In this document: positions 10,385-18,683 of the stretch, in pieces | How positions within the stretch are numbered: the stretch's first letter is position 1 | Layout of the letters: every line of letters begins with the position of its first letter | From: a virus | Taxonomy: Duplodnaviria; Caudoviricetes | Strand: one strand, 5' to 3' | Length of the DNA stretch: 64,000 bases | Virus record (IMG/VR): IMGVR_UViG_3300020577_014401 | Location: 45,993-109,992 of that record | Notes under the pieces: model-generated | Seen by the model: only the letters and a program-made list of their open reading frames with translations | Databases searched by the model: none | What the model was told of the DNA's origin: nothing | Made by a program: the position numbers and the translations under genes

Positions 10385-11464
10385 GTGTCCGTATTCCGCG
10401 AGTATCTCCTGAAAACCTACGCCGACAGCCCCGATGCTGTCGGCGACTTCGTTTCCAAGTCTTACGTGTTCGTTCGCATCAAGCAGCGCTTCTGGCGCGG
10501 CTATCGCAAGGCCAAGGGGGTCGGGCTGCAGTTGGAAGGGGTCGAGTCCAAGGACAAGATCGCTGACGCCATGACCCAGCCGTCCTGGAAGCTGGCTCCG
10601 AAGGAACTGGTCAGTGAGTTCCAGAACTTCTCCACCAGCGTCGAGCAGGCCGTGTCCCGGTGGGCCATCTCGCCCCGCGAAGACGACGAGAATGAAGAAC
10701 GGGCGGTCGCCGCGGTTCTCGTCGGGGGCGGCCGCTACATGGTCGACGTCGCCGTGTGGCCGCAGCTGCAGGACTTCCTCTCCTCGGTCCAGACGAAGTG
10801 GTCGGAGGCCGCCGATCACTGGTGTACCGAAGACGGTCACGCGAAGCTCCACGATCACGTCAAATCCCAATATGGCGATGAGGTTTACGGCCGCATCTCC
10901 AAGCTCATCCCGGAACGGAACTCGATGCGGTCGCGGTTCGGGTTGAGCGTCCGGACGGCGCCCGTCAAAATCGTCGAGGAGGGTTCGACCTCCGATGCCT
11001 CCAAGCAGGGTCGCCGCGACGAAGTGGTCGATCTGCTCGAACTGGCCGTGAAGACCCCTCGCGAAGAGGCCGCCGAGGTCTGGGAAGAAGTCGGCAACCG
11101 GCTGGTGGAATTCGACGGCGAGCGGTGGTCGGCCAAGAAGCGGTACGTCGAAAGGGATGGAACGTCCAAGGAGACCAACCGGGTCGTCCAAGTCAGGACC
11201 GTCCAGATGGTGAACACGACGGCCAAGGCCTTGTCCCGGGGCGAGCGGTACCTGGACCCGGTCACCAAGTCCTTTCGTGACAAGATCGTCAAGGAGTTCC
11301 CCGCCGACGCCGGATCGGCCAAGGATGTCGCCAAGTTGCTGGCGTCGAACGATCAGGTCGCCGTTCAGCTCGGTTGCCTGCTGATCGAGGCCGCCAAGGC
11401 GTGCCGCGACGAAGCGGCCATGTGCGAAGGTCTGTCGGCCGCAGTCGCGGTTGGAGTCCAATGA
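10385..11464 (+). CDS. DUF3150-like protein
   Basis: YVFVRIKQRFWRGYRK..KLAPKELVSEFQ..RYMVD..LIPERNSMRSRFGL resembles DUF3150, a family often found near MoxR/VWA genes. Confidence 0.5.
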   Translation: MSVFREYLLKTYADSPDAVGDFVSKSYVFVRIKQRFWRGYRKAKGVGLQLEGVESKDKIADAMTQPSWKLAPKELVSEFQNFSTSVEQAVSRWAISPREDDENEERAVAAVLVGGGRYMVDVAVWPQLQDFLSSVQTKWSEAADHWCTEDGHAKLHDHVKSQYGDEVYGRISKLIPERNSMRSRFGLSVRTAPVKIVEEGSTSDASKQGRRDEVVDLLELAVKTPREEAAEVWEEVGNRLVEFDGERWSAKKRYVERDGTSKETNRVVQVRTVQMVNTTAKALSRGERYLDPVTKSFRDKIVKEFPADAGSAKDVAKLLASNDQVAVQLGCLLIEAAKACRDEAAMCEGLSAAVAVGVQ

Positions 11465-11949
11465 CCGACTTCGGCACCGGAGTTCAGTATCGTTCGATTC
11501 GACCGCGGGGCGACCGTAGGCCGGCGACCAAGCTGCGCAAACTCGGGAGACACTATGTGATCCCGAGTTGGCACGACGTCGACAGCGCCATTGTCGCCGA
11601 GACATCGACCCTGTCGTCGTCCGTGATCGGTTACTTGGGGTTCGAGACGACCAAGACCAACGGAGTCTTGATGCCGAATCTGCAGATCTGTGAAGTGGTC
11701 ACCGACCCGACGATCAGCGATGTCGACGCCGACGCGATCTTCATCGGCCTGCTGCGACGGGTGTACGGGGGATTCGACCTTGAGAAGCGAGGCTACTTGC
11801 TCGCCAAAGTGGACGGCGGCGACGAGCGGACCAGACGGTTGCTTGAAGCCGACGGATGGATCGCCACGTCGTACCGGAAAGATCGCAGCTGGATCCCGTA
11901 CGCGTGGTTCGCCTTCGACCGGTTCAACAAACCGGTCGAAGGGATCTGA
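11461..11949 (+). CDS. Possible GNAT-fold acetyltransferase
   Basis: VIGYLGF..LQICEVVTDP..and VDGGDERTRRLLEADGW resemble GNAT motifs; the acetyl-CoA loop is degenerate. Confidence 0.4.
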   Translation: MTDFGTGVQYRSIRPRGDRRPATKLRKLGRHYVIPSWHDVDSAIVAETSTLSSSVIGYLGFETTKTNGVLMPNLQICEVVTDPTISDVDADAIFIGLLRRVYGGFDLEKRGYLLAKVDGGDERTRRLLEADGWIATSYRKDRSWIPYAWFAFDRFNKPVEGI

Positions 11950-11953
11950 AGCG

Positions 11954-13042
11954 TCAATTGAGCGACAAGGCCCCAGCGAAAGCTTCTTTCGACTCGGCTT
12001 TCCAGTCGACCCGAGCCTGGGGTGCCCGTTCGATCGGCTCGACACCCATCGAACGCGCGAGCTTCTCGAACGGGGACGACGGATCGGAGACGGCGGCGAC
12101 CTTGGCTTGCAGACTGACGACCGGGCCCATGCCGCAGAGTTCGAAACAGGCCTCATCGGGGACGCGATCAAGGTCCGATTTCAGATACCAGTTTCCGGAA
12201 GCGGCCTTCACGGCCGATGCCAGCTTGAGACGAGCCATCGACGGGGTCATCGAGACCATTCCGCGAAGGGGGTCGTCCTGACCCCATTTGAACCGGTCAT
12301 CGAGTTTCTTCCACATGTTCGCGAGTTCGCCGGCATTACGGAACGTCCCGAACTCGTTGATCGACTCCTCGGCGTCGGCCGCCGCCTTGTCGATGGCGTC
12401 CGCCAGTTCCGTGGCGCCGAGTTGGCGGGCCTTCTTGGCCCGAACCGAGAACTCGGTCTTCCAGTTGTCCGTGGGGAGACCGAGCCCGGCTTCGGCCTCG
12501 AACCGCCACAAACGGTCGGCGTCGATGGCCGAAGGAAACACGTCGGCGGCTTTCACGAGTTGCTCGGCGTAGATCCGTCGATCCTCATCGGAGAAGCGAT
12601 CGGCCCATTGTTCGAAGTAGTTCGCAGCGGACTTGACTTGACCTTCGGTATCCAGGGGATACTTCTGGCAGTGCGGCAACGCCCAGGTTTTCACGGGCGG
12701 AGCCGAAGCCTCCTTCGGCCTGATGGCCTCGAGCCGGTCCCACTCCGAACCGACTCCGAACCATTCGCAGGCTTCCTTGATCCGGTTGCCGACAACCGGG
12801 TCGCTGGAGGCGGTATCGTGGTAAGCAGCCGCGGACAGCCACGCGGAACTGGGGGAGTGGACGGGGTAGGTCTTGGCGGTGTCCGCGTACCCGGTCCTGA
12901 TCGGAGTTCCTTCAAAGATCTCGGCCGCCGATTTGTCGAGAAGCCGGTCCGGCATCCCGTACCGACGGATCAGATCGGCAGCGATCGCCCCCGTCCGATC
13001 GGACATGGGACCGGGGGCCAGGCGGGTGTTCAGTGAGTTCAT
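11954..13042 (-). CDS. Putative virion/head-associated protein (DUF6582-like repeat, K-x-A motifs)
   Basis: WALPHCQKYPLDTEGQVKSAANYF and KTYPVHSP; several KSA/KAA/KLA motifs. Confidence 0.6.
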   Translation of the reverse strand: MNSLNTRLAPGPMSDRTGAIAADLIRRYGMPDRLLDKSAAEIFEGTPIRTGYADTAKTYPVHSPSSAWLSAAAYHDTASSDPVVGNRIKEACEWFGVGSEWDRLEAIRPKEASAPPVKTWALPHCQKYPLDTEGQVKSAANYFEQWADRFSDEDRRIYAEQLVKAADVFPSAIDADRLWRFEAEAGLGLPTDNWKTEFSVRAKKARQLGATELADAIDKAAADAEESINEFGTFRNAGELANMWKKLDDRFKWGQDDPLRGMVSMTPSMARLKLASAVKAASGNWYLKSDLDRVPDEACFELCGMGPVVSLQAKVAAVSDPSSPFEKLARSMGVEPIERAPQARVDWKAESKEAFAGALSLN

Positions 13043-14595
13043 CGTTTTCCCTTCATGAACGTCATCCCAACGTCGCTATCGGCGCCGCCGGGGTGTTCGG
13101 ATTGTTGAATCTTCCGCCGTTTCCCGACCAGGCGGCCTGTCCGTCGTGCCTGGGGCCTTGCAAGATCGACCCGGCCCAGGAAGGCGGGGCCTGGTTGTCA
13201 TGCCGAAAGCCGTCCTGTTCCTGGGAAGGTGACCACTTCGAATACTTCCAAGCCAGGACCAAGATCTCGGAGATTTCGATGGCGATCAACTCGATCGCCA
13301 AGAAAGACGTCCGGGTCGCGCCAGGCGCCGATAACGCGGCTGTGGTGCGATCGTACCAGAAGAGGCTGCGCACCCGGAAGAGCTTCCGTGAACTGTCTTT
13401 GAGAATGAACGCCAGAGCTTCAACCGGGGTAGGCGAGGCGCACGCCGTTCTCGGGCTCGCGGACCAACCGCATTCTCCGCCGTACTGGTGGTCGATTTCG
13501 GTCGGTGAACTGGACGACATCCTCGGCCCGGATGTGTTTCCAGCCACTTCCGCCGACCGCCGCTTGGGACTGCCGGCGCGACACGACCCGGCGTCGGTGG
13601 CCGTGGTCGTGCCGACGTACGACCAAATCGGACGAGTCTCGGGGCTCTGGGCCGCGGCCGGGTGCGCGGAACGGGGCGGCCGGGTCGACGTGGATTGGAG
13701 GTGGAGAGGGCTCCACGACTTCCCTGGCGGCGTCGGGCTGCTCCACTCGGCTTCCAGCCAGGTGCCGGCCTGGGGCGGCTGTGGGTTGATCTGGAGCGAT
13801 CCTGGGCCGGCTCTGAGACTGCACGCCGATCGCCGCAGGCACGCGTCAGACAGGCCCCCGGCGGTCATCCTGCCGCCGCACCATGCTTTGGATATCGCCT
13901 CCATCTCCAGGACGTTGCCGGCTCGGAAATGGGTCGCCCTGGTCGACAAGTCCATCGACGCCCATTCCGCTGCGGTGTTCAAGCTGTGCTCATCAGTTTC
14001 AGCGATGGTCCGTCTTCTTCCGGACGACAAGCCTAAGCTGTGGACCACGACTTCCGCCGGTGTGGAGCTGGTGGCGAGGGCCGCATCATGGCAGGATCGC
14101 ATTGGCGACCTGATTTCCGGTTTCCAGCCTGGACACCGGTTGGCGTCTTTCTTGGTGGAGCTGGGGTGGAACTCCGATCTCGAGGCCAGGTGTTTCCCGA
14201 GGTGGACGGCGGAGACGCGAGCCAAGGTGGCCGACTCCTTGGGCGCTACGGAGAGGGTGAGGTCGGTGCCGATTCGGAAAGGTCTGACGATCGTTGAAGC
14301 CGACGGTCTCTGGGTGTGGGAGGAGAAGAACATCGTCGTGTCGGATGTCATCCTCGACCAAGTACGATCGTACCTCGACGCGAACGGAGCCAAGCGGCAC
14401 AAAGGGCTGATCCTGCACAAGGGATTAGTCCACCAGTTCGACACGAATCGGTTTCGCGAGGACCCGTCCGCGGCCGTCGAGACGGCGCTTCTCGAGGCTG
14501 GCGTCGCCGACCCGCCGTCGTTCCACCCGTGTCTGTCCGGCTTGGTGGCCGACATTGTGATGCACTTCAACAAGATCCGGAACTCGGCCGAGTGA
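13033..14595 (+). CDS. Hypothetical protein with N-terminal primase-like zinc finger
   Basis: CPSC..WLSCRKPSCSWEGDHFEYF resembles CHC2/primase Zn-binding domains; VVVPTYDQIGRVSGL resembles the primase core. Confidence 0.5.
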   Translation: MSSSFSLHERHPNVAIGAAGVFGLLNLPPFPDQAACPSCLGPCKIDPAQEGGAWLSCRKPSCSWEGDHFEYFQARTKISEISMAINSIAKKDVRVAPGADNAAVVRSYQKRLRTRKSFRELSLRMNARASTGVGEAHAVLGLADQPHSPPYWWSISVGELDDILGPDVFPATSADRRLGLPARHDPASVAVVVPTYDQIGRVSGLWAAAGCAERGGRVDVDWRWRGLHDFPGGVGLLHSASSQVPAWGGCGLIWSDPGPALRLHADRRRHASDRPPAVILPPHHALDIASISRTLPARKWVALVDKSIDAHSAAVFKLCSSVSAMVRLLPDDKPKLWTTTSAGVELVARAASWQDRIGDLISGFQPGHRLASFLVELGWNSDLEARCFPRWTAETRAKVADSLGATERVRSVPIRKGLTIVEADGLWVWEEKNIVVSDVILDQVRSYLDANGAKRHKGLILHKGLVHQFDTNRFREDPSAAVETALLEAGVADPPSFHPCLSGLVADIVMHFNKIRNSAE

Positions 14596-14635
14596 GCCGA
14601 TATCCGGCTATCTGCTTTCCTGAAAGGAGGAGACC

Positions 14636-14977
14636 GTGCTCTCCACCATGATTCTGTCGCTGACCTTGATCGGTCAGCCCGCGTCGCCGTCGGGTCGGCT
14701 GGACAACACCGCATCTGGGGCGGCGGCTGCTCCCGTCCGGAAGTCCGGACCCACGAAAGCCAGTCTCGACAACCGCTATTCCGCGAAGAAGACGACCGCC
14801 TACTGCGTGCTCACGCCACCGAACCGATGCCTCCGCAGCGTGTGGGAGATCCGATCGGACGGGCCGCTCACCAACCCGTACGGCGTCGTATGGGTGAGAT
14901 TGTCGAGCTGGTCCGACCTCAATCCGGTCCAGCTCAAGTCCATCACCGATTACGAACGAAACCGCTACCGTCGCTGA
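14636..14977 (+). CDS. Small exported protein
   Basis: Strong RBS AAAGGAGG; hydrophobic N-terminus MLSTMILSLTLIGQ. Confidence 0.65.
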   Translation: MLSTMILSLTLIGQPASPSGRLDNTASGAAAAPVRKSGPTKASLDNRYSAKKTTAYCVLTPPNRCLRSVWEIRSDGPLTNPYGVVWVRLSSWSDLNPVQLKSITDYERNRYRR

Positions 14978-15005
14978 AAAGGCGACCTCGCGAAAGGACG
15001 ACGAC

Positions 15006-15596
15006 ATGTTTCAGCTCATCATGCGCTCCGGCTACGAGATGAAGATCGAGGGCTGCCCCAGTTACGGCCTCGAAGCCATCGATTTCAGAAGGCAGCACAA
15101 CCTGCCCGAAGAGCCGTCCAGCAAAATCAAACCGCCGTCCGGTGCGTTCCAAGACGAGAAGTTGGTTCGGCAGCTGCGAGCTGCCGGCGCCTACATCGAT
15201 ATGAGCGGCGACTGGGTGTTCGACGGGCAATCGATCATCGAGCTGCACGGCCGCGGTAACGGCGCTCACTCCAAGCATGGCCCGTGGCACTACGGATCGG
15301 CCCTGCCCGTCGAACCGGCGGCTATCAAGGCGTACATCGAAAACCCGTGCGCGGACACGCTCTTCGGTGTGGCCATGGCGATCTGCCAGCACAACGCCGA
15401 GCAGATGAAAATCATCGAAGCCGAGCAGCGCACTGTCGAAGAAGCGGCTCGCAGCAAGGAGGCGGCTCGGCTCTGTCTCAAGGACGAGATCGACAAGCTG
15501 GAGTCGAAGATCAACTACCTTCAGTCCGAGCTGCAGGAATCGAAGGAACGGATCGCTGAACTTGAAGACGAACTGGAGGCCCAGAAGGTCAGTTGA
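15006..15596 (+). CDS. Hypothetical protein with C-terminal coiled coil
   Basis: AAAGGA RBS; heptad-rich C-terminus. Confidence 0.7.
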   Translation: MFQLIMRSGYEMKIEGCPSYGLEAIDFRRQHNLPEEPSSKIKPPSGAFQDEKLVRQLRAAGAYIDMSGDWVFDGQSIIELHGRGNGAHSKHGPWHYGSALPVEPAAIKAYIENPCADTLFGVAMAICQHNAEQMKIIEAEQRTVEEAARSKEAARLCLKDEIDKLESKINYLQSELQESKERIAELEDELEAQKVS

Positions 15597-17307
15597 TCAG
15601 CCCGGCGATCGAGAACTCCGGCCACGATTGTGTCAGCGACCACAACCAGCTCGCGCCGAAATTGACGGCCGCGCTGAAGTCGTCGCAGACGGTCTTGCTC
15701 GACCTGCGAATGCGGAACGCGCTGCCCGACGGTGTGTCGACCTTGTCCTCCACCAAGGACAGGAAATCGTGCAGGTGGCCGGGCTCGTCGCGGCTCTTGT
15801 AGTCGTACTCGAAGAACCTCACCTTCCCGTACCGGACGGCCTGGCTCAACACCTGCAATGACTTCGACTTGTGGATGGAGTAGTACCCCAACCCCGAGCC
15901 GCTCGGCGGCTTGTGGTACACGGGTCGGGCCGGAACTCCGTCGACCCCGGAATAGAGCAAACGGGCGATCCGGTCGGGCGGCCACCCGCTGTGGATGAAC
16001 GCCGCTTCGGAGGCGGTCCCGATGCCGCCGCCGATGTCATGGGCGATGAACGACACGTTGCAGGCCTTGGCGATTCTCAGAATCTGATTGGCTTCTTCGA
16101 TGCGGTCGGTCGACGGCGGGAAGCCGAAGCCGTGAATGACTTCGGCGACCCCGTCGTTGGCCAGGCCGATCACGGCTCCCTTGGTGCGGCTCACTCCGTC
16201 GTCACCGCCGCCACCCCAGTCGACTCCCAGCACAACGACCTGGTAGTGCTTGGACCGCATGGAGGCGTTGGCCAGCGTGTTCGGGCCCAGCACCGCCGCT
16301 TTCTTCAAGTCTTCGATCGAGAACAATTTGACGGCGAGGTCGTACGCTTCGCCAAGGCACTCGTTGTAGAACTTGGCGGTCGAGTAACCGCCTTTGCCGG
16401 CCATGAACCCCAGCAGTTCCTTCCACTTGTTCGGAAGGGCGTAGTGGATGGGGAAGATCACCTGCGGGGCGTAGTACCCGGCGACGTCCCGAAGCCGCTC
16501 CGGGAAGCGGTGGACCCACCGGCCGAACCGCGGGTTGATCGGCTGCTTGGGCCCGCACCGCTTGCACACGGTCCCCGGGCGCTTTTCGGAGATGTCGTCC
16601 CGGTAAGGGCCGATCATCGCCAGGAGGTGGCCCTCGGGCTCGATGGCGCAAATGTTGTCGAATCCGCACGCCGGGCACTTGATCTGCCAGACGCCCTGGC
16701 TGGAGTCCTGCCACTCGCCTTCGAGGTACGTGTCCTTGGTCAGGCTGGTGCCGCTGATCCACAACTGCGGCTGTTTGGCGGCCCGTGTACATTGCTGGAT
16801 GGCCGGCAGGTCGCTCACGTCCATCGACTGGCCTTCGTCGACGTACAGGATCCTGCCGGTCTTGGAACGCAAACGAAGAGGATCTCCCTGGCAGTACGAG
16901 AAGTGGATCACACTGCCGTTGGTGAACGGACCCCGGATGCGGACGTTGCCGAGATTGGACGTTTCGCTGAGCAGGGTCCGGATGGGGCTGTTGTCGATCA
17001 TCGGACGGAACACGAGCGACGACAGGCCGTCCGACTGGCTTTGCAGCGGCGTGACGACGATGACTCGCGTCCCGTCGATGACCGCGCACTCGACGCACAT
17101 CCGGGCGGCGATCTGCCAGGTCTTTCCGATCTGGCGGCTGGAGCGGTGGACGATCCGGGGAGGCTGCCGGGCCGAGAACACGTCCTCGAACGGAAAGAAG
17201 TCGTCGAGCCGCATGGGCTGCCGACCGATTCCTTCGACATTGACCCGGATCAGGGCCGGAAGGATGTGGGCGAACGTGTCGATCCGGTTGTCAGGTTTGT
17301 AGCTCAA
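15589..17307 (-). CDS. terL: Phage terminase large subunit (GpA/lambda-like)
   Basis: Walker A SRQIGKT, Walker B LYVDEGQ, SGTSLT, CPACG/CKRCG Zn motifs, FYNECLGEAY, nuclease GVDWGGG, DDFSAA. Confidence 0.88.
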   Translation of the reverse strand: MSYKPDNRIDTFAHILPALIRVNVEGIGRQPMRLDDFFPFEDVFSARQPPRIVHRSSRQIGKTWQIAARMCVECAVIDGTRVIVVTPLQSQSDGLSSLVFRPMIDNSPIRTLLSETSNLGNVRIRGPFTNGSVIHFSYCQGDPLRLRSKTGRILYVDEGQSMDVSDLPAIQQCTRAAKQPQLWISGTSLTKDTYLEGEWQDSSQGVWQIKCPACGFDNICAIEPEGHLLAMIGPYRDDISEKRPGTVCKRCGPKQPINPRFGRWVHRFPERLRDVAGYYAPQVIFPIHYALPNKWKELLGFMAGKGGYSTAKFYNECLGEAYDLAVKLFSIEDLKKAAVLGPNTLANASMRSKHYQVVVLGVDWGGGGDDGVSRTKGAVIGLANDGVAEVIHGFGFPPSTDRIEEANQILRIAKACNVSFIAHDIGGGIGTASEAAFIHSGWPPDRIARLLYSGVDGVPARPVYHKPPSGSGLGYYSIHKSKSLQVLSQAVRYGKVRFFEYDYKSRDEPGHLHDFLSLVEDKVDTPSGSAFRIRRSSKTVCDDFSAAVNFGASWLWSLTQSWPEFSIAGLIN

Positions 17308-17334
17308 GAACCACCTTCAACTGAAAGGAATTTC

Positions 17335-17586
17335 ATGTTTCCCGCAGTCGTTGAAACGATCGTGATCGGGCGCCGCGAGGCCGCCGACCTGCAACACGGA
17401 ATCACGCACAACCAGGCTTGGGGGATCACCGGAATGTCGGCCTGGATTGGCATCATGATCAGCGCCCAGACGGGCGAAGCGTTCCCGTTGCTGCTCCCCG
17501 CGGTCACGGTCCTGATGTTCTCCGGGCTGTCAAAGTTGTCGTCCAAGTATCGGGATCAGGACGGCAATGGTCCTCCGGGTGCTTGA
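17335..17586 (+). CDS. Small membrane protein (2 predicted TM segments)
   Basis: GAAAGGAA RBS; two hydrophobic stretches. Confidence 0.55.
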   Translation: MFPAVVETIVIGRREAADLQHGITHNQAWGITGMSAWIGIMISAQTGEAFPLLLPAVTVLMFSGLSKLSSKYRDQDGNGPPGA

Positions 17587-17611
17587 CAGACGGAGTTCCA
17601 CCTCCCACAAT
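17583..17611 (+). promoter_or_regulatory. Sigma70-like promoter
   Basis: TTGACA-17 bp-CACAAT upstream of the gene at 17655. Confidence 0.45.
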
Positions 17612-17654
17612 TCCCAGTGTACTAGGATCTTACGACGACCGGCCACACGTCTCC

Positions 17655-18104
17655 ATGTCCAGGAGTCGCTCCACCGTGAAGAAAAAGCAGTCCGTACGGC
17701 CGGGAGAACTCATCCCGGCCGTCACGCGGGTGCTCGAGCTGGTCACCCACCTCGAAGCCGACATCGTCAAACACGCCGACCCGAGGTGGGTCGCCAAGCA
17801 CGGTTCACGGCTGCGTCGAATCGAGGACGCGAACATCTACTTCTACCGCGACTCCGAAGAGGTCCGGAAGTACACGCGAATGCCCAAGGGCGACGACATT
17901 CCCTTCCACGAGGCCGCCGCGGCCTACCTTCAACTCTCCGCCACCTGTCTCAAGATCGCGATCGACTACGAAGCCGCCGCCGTCCGCGAGAACGAACTGT
18001 TCGCGAAGCTGATGCGGGACGGACCCGAGGAGAAGCCCCTCGTCCCCGTCACCGCCGGCGGTTCGGAAGACGAGGACGACGCGGTCGACGAAGACGACGA
18101 ATAA
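17655..18104 (+). CDS. Hypothetical protein, basic N-terminus and acidic tail
   Basis: ORF ending EDEDDAVDEDDE. Confidence 0.7.
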   Translation: MSRSRSTVKKKQSVRPGELIPAVTRVLELVTHLEADIVKHADPRWVAKHGSRLRRIEDANIYFYRDSEEVRKYTRMPKGDDIPFHEAAAAYLQLSATCLKIAIDYEAAAVRENELFAKLMRDGPEEKPLVPVTAGGSEDEDDAVDEDDE

Positions 18105-18189
18105 GCCCGTGCAGGGGCTGTTCAAACTGCAACTTGAAGAGAACATGGCCACCACTACGAGCCCGTGCAGGGGCTGTTTGAACTGCAAC
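18104..18189. repeat. Two 30-bp direct repeats (28/30 identical) separated by a 26-bp spacer; mini-CRISPR-like
   Basis: AGCCCGTGCAGGGGCTGTTCAAACTGCAAC (18104-18133) and AGCCCGTGCAGGGGCTGTTTGAACTGCAAC (18160-18189); internal AGCCC/GGGCT stem. Confidence 0.8.
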
Positions 18190-18190
18190 C

Positions 18191-18403
18191 CGAGCAAAAT
18201 AGGACTATTCCTCTCCTAATCCATGAACTAAGTGAGGAATGCCTCATTCTGACAATTGTTCATGAGTAGGGTGCTCGTTCCGTCATGTTGTATTCACAAC
18301 ATAGACGTCATCCTTCGGAGAATAGGATGACTGACGTCATCCTATTCTCCTCAGGAAAAATAAGAAACACGCCCGGCCGCTGCGCGGCCTCGGCGTGTTT
18401 CTT
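18191..18403. other. AT-richer hairpin cluster (candidate ncRNA or replication origin)
   Basis: Perfect 15-bp inverted repeat at 18317-18350, 12-bp IR at 18362-18403, nested stems at 18191-18277. Confidence 0.6.
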
Positions 18404-18405
18404 GG

Positions 18406-18432
18406 GGCGGGCCGCCAGCGGCCCGCCTTTTT
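18406..18432 (+). terminator. Rho-independent terminator
   Basis: GGCGGGCCGC-CA-GCGGCCCGCC followed by TTTTT. Confidence 0.75.
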
Positions 18433-18464
18433 CTCCACCAAACCGGAAGAGAGGTGCCACTACG

Positions 18465-18638
18465 TCCGAACTGACCGAAGGCGCGCTCAACGAGCACCAA
18501 GCGACGCCCGACCGTTCCGAATTGATCATCAGCGCGCCGAAGAAGAAGCGCACACGAACCGACCGTTCCGAACTGAAGAGCACCAAGCGCGCCGGAACAT
18601 TCTGTTCCAAGTCCGAATTGACCATCCGTCCCGAACTG
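18465..18638 (+). repeat. Degenerate tandem repeats with a TCCGAAYTGA core, about 51-bp period
   Basis: Core at 18465, 18516, 18567, 18612 (partial copy at 18630); spacing 51, 51, 45, 18. Confidence 0.65.
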
Positions 18639-18683
18639 TTGCCTCCGAAGTGGCCGAAGTACGTATCCAAGGCTGTGGTTCCG

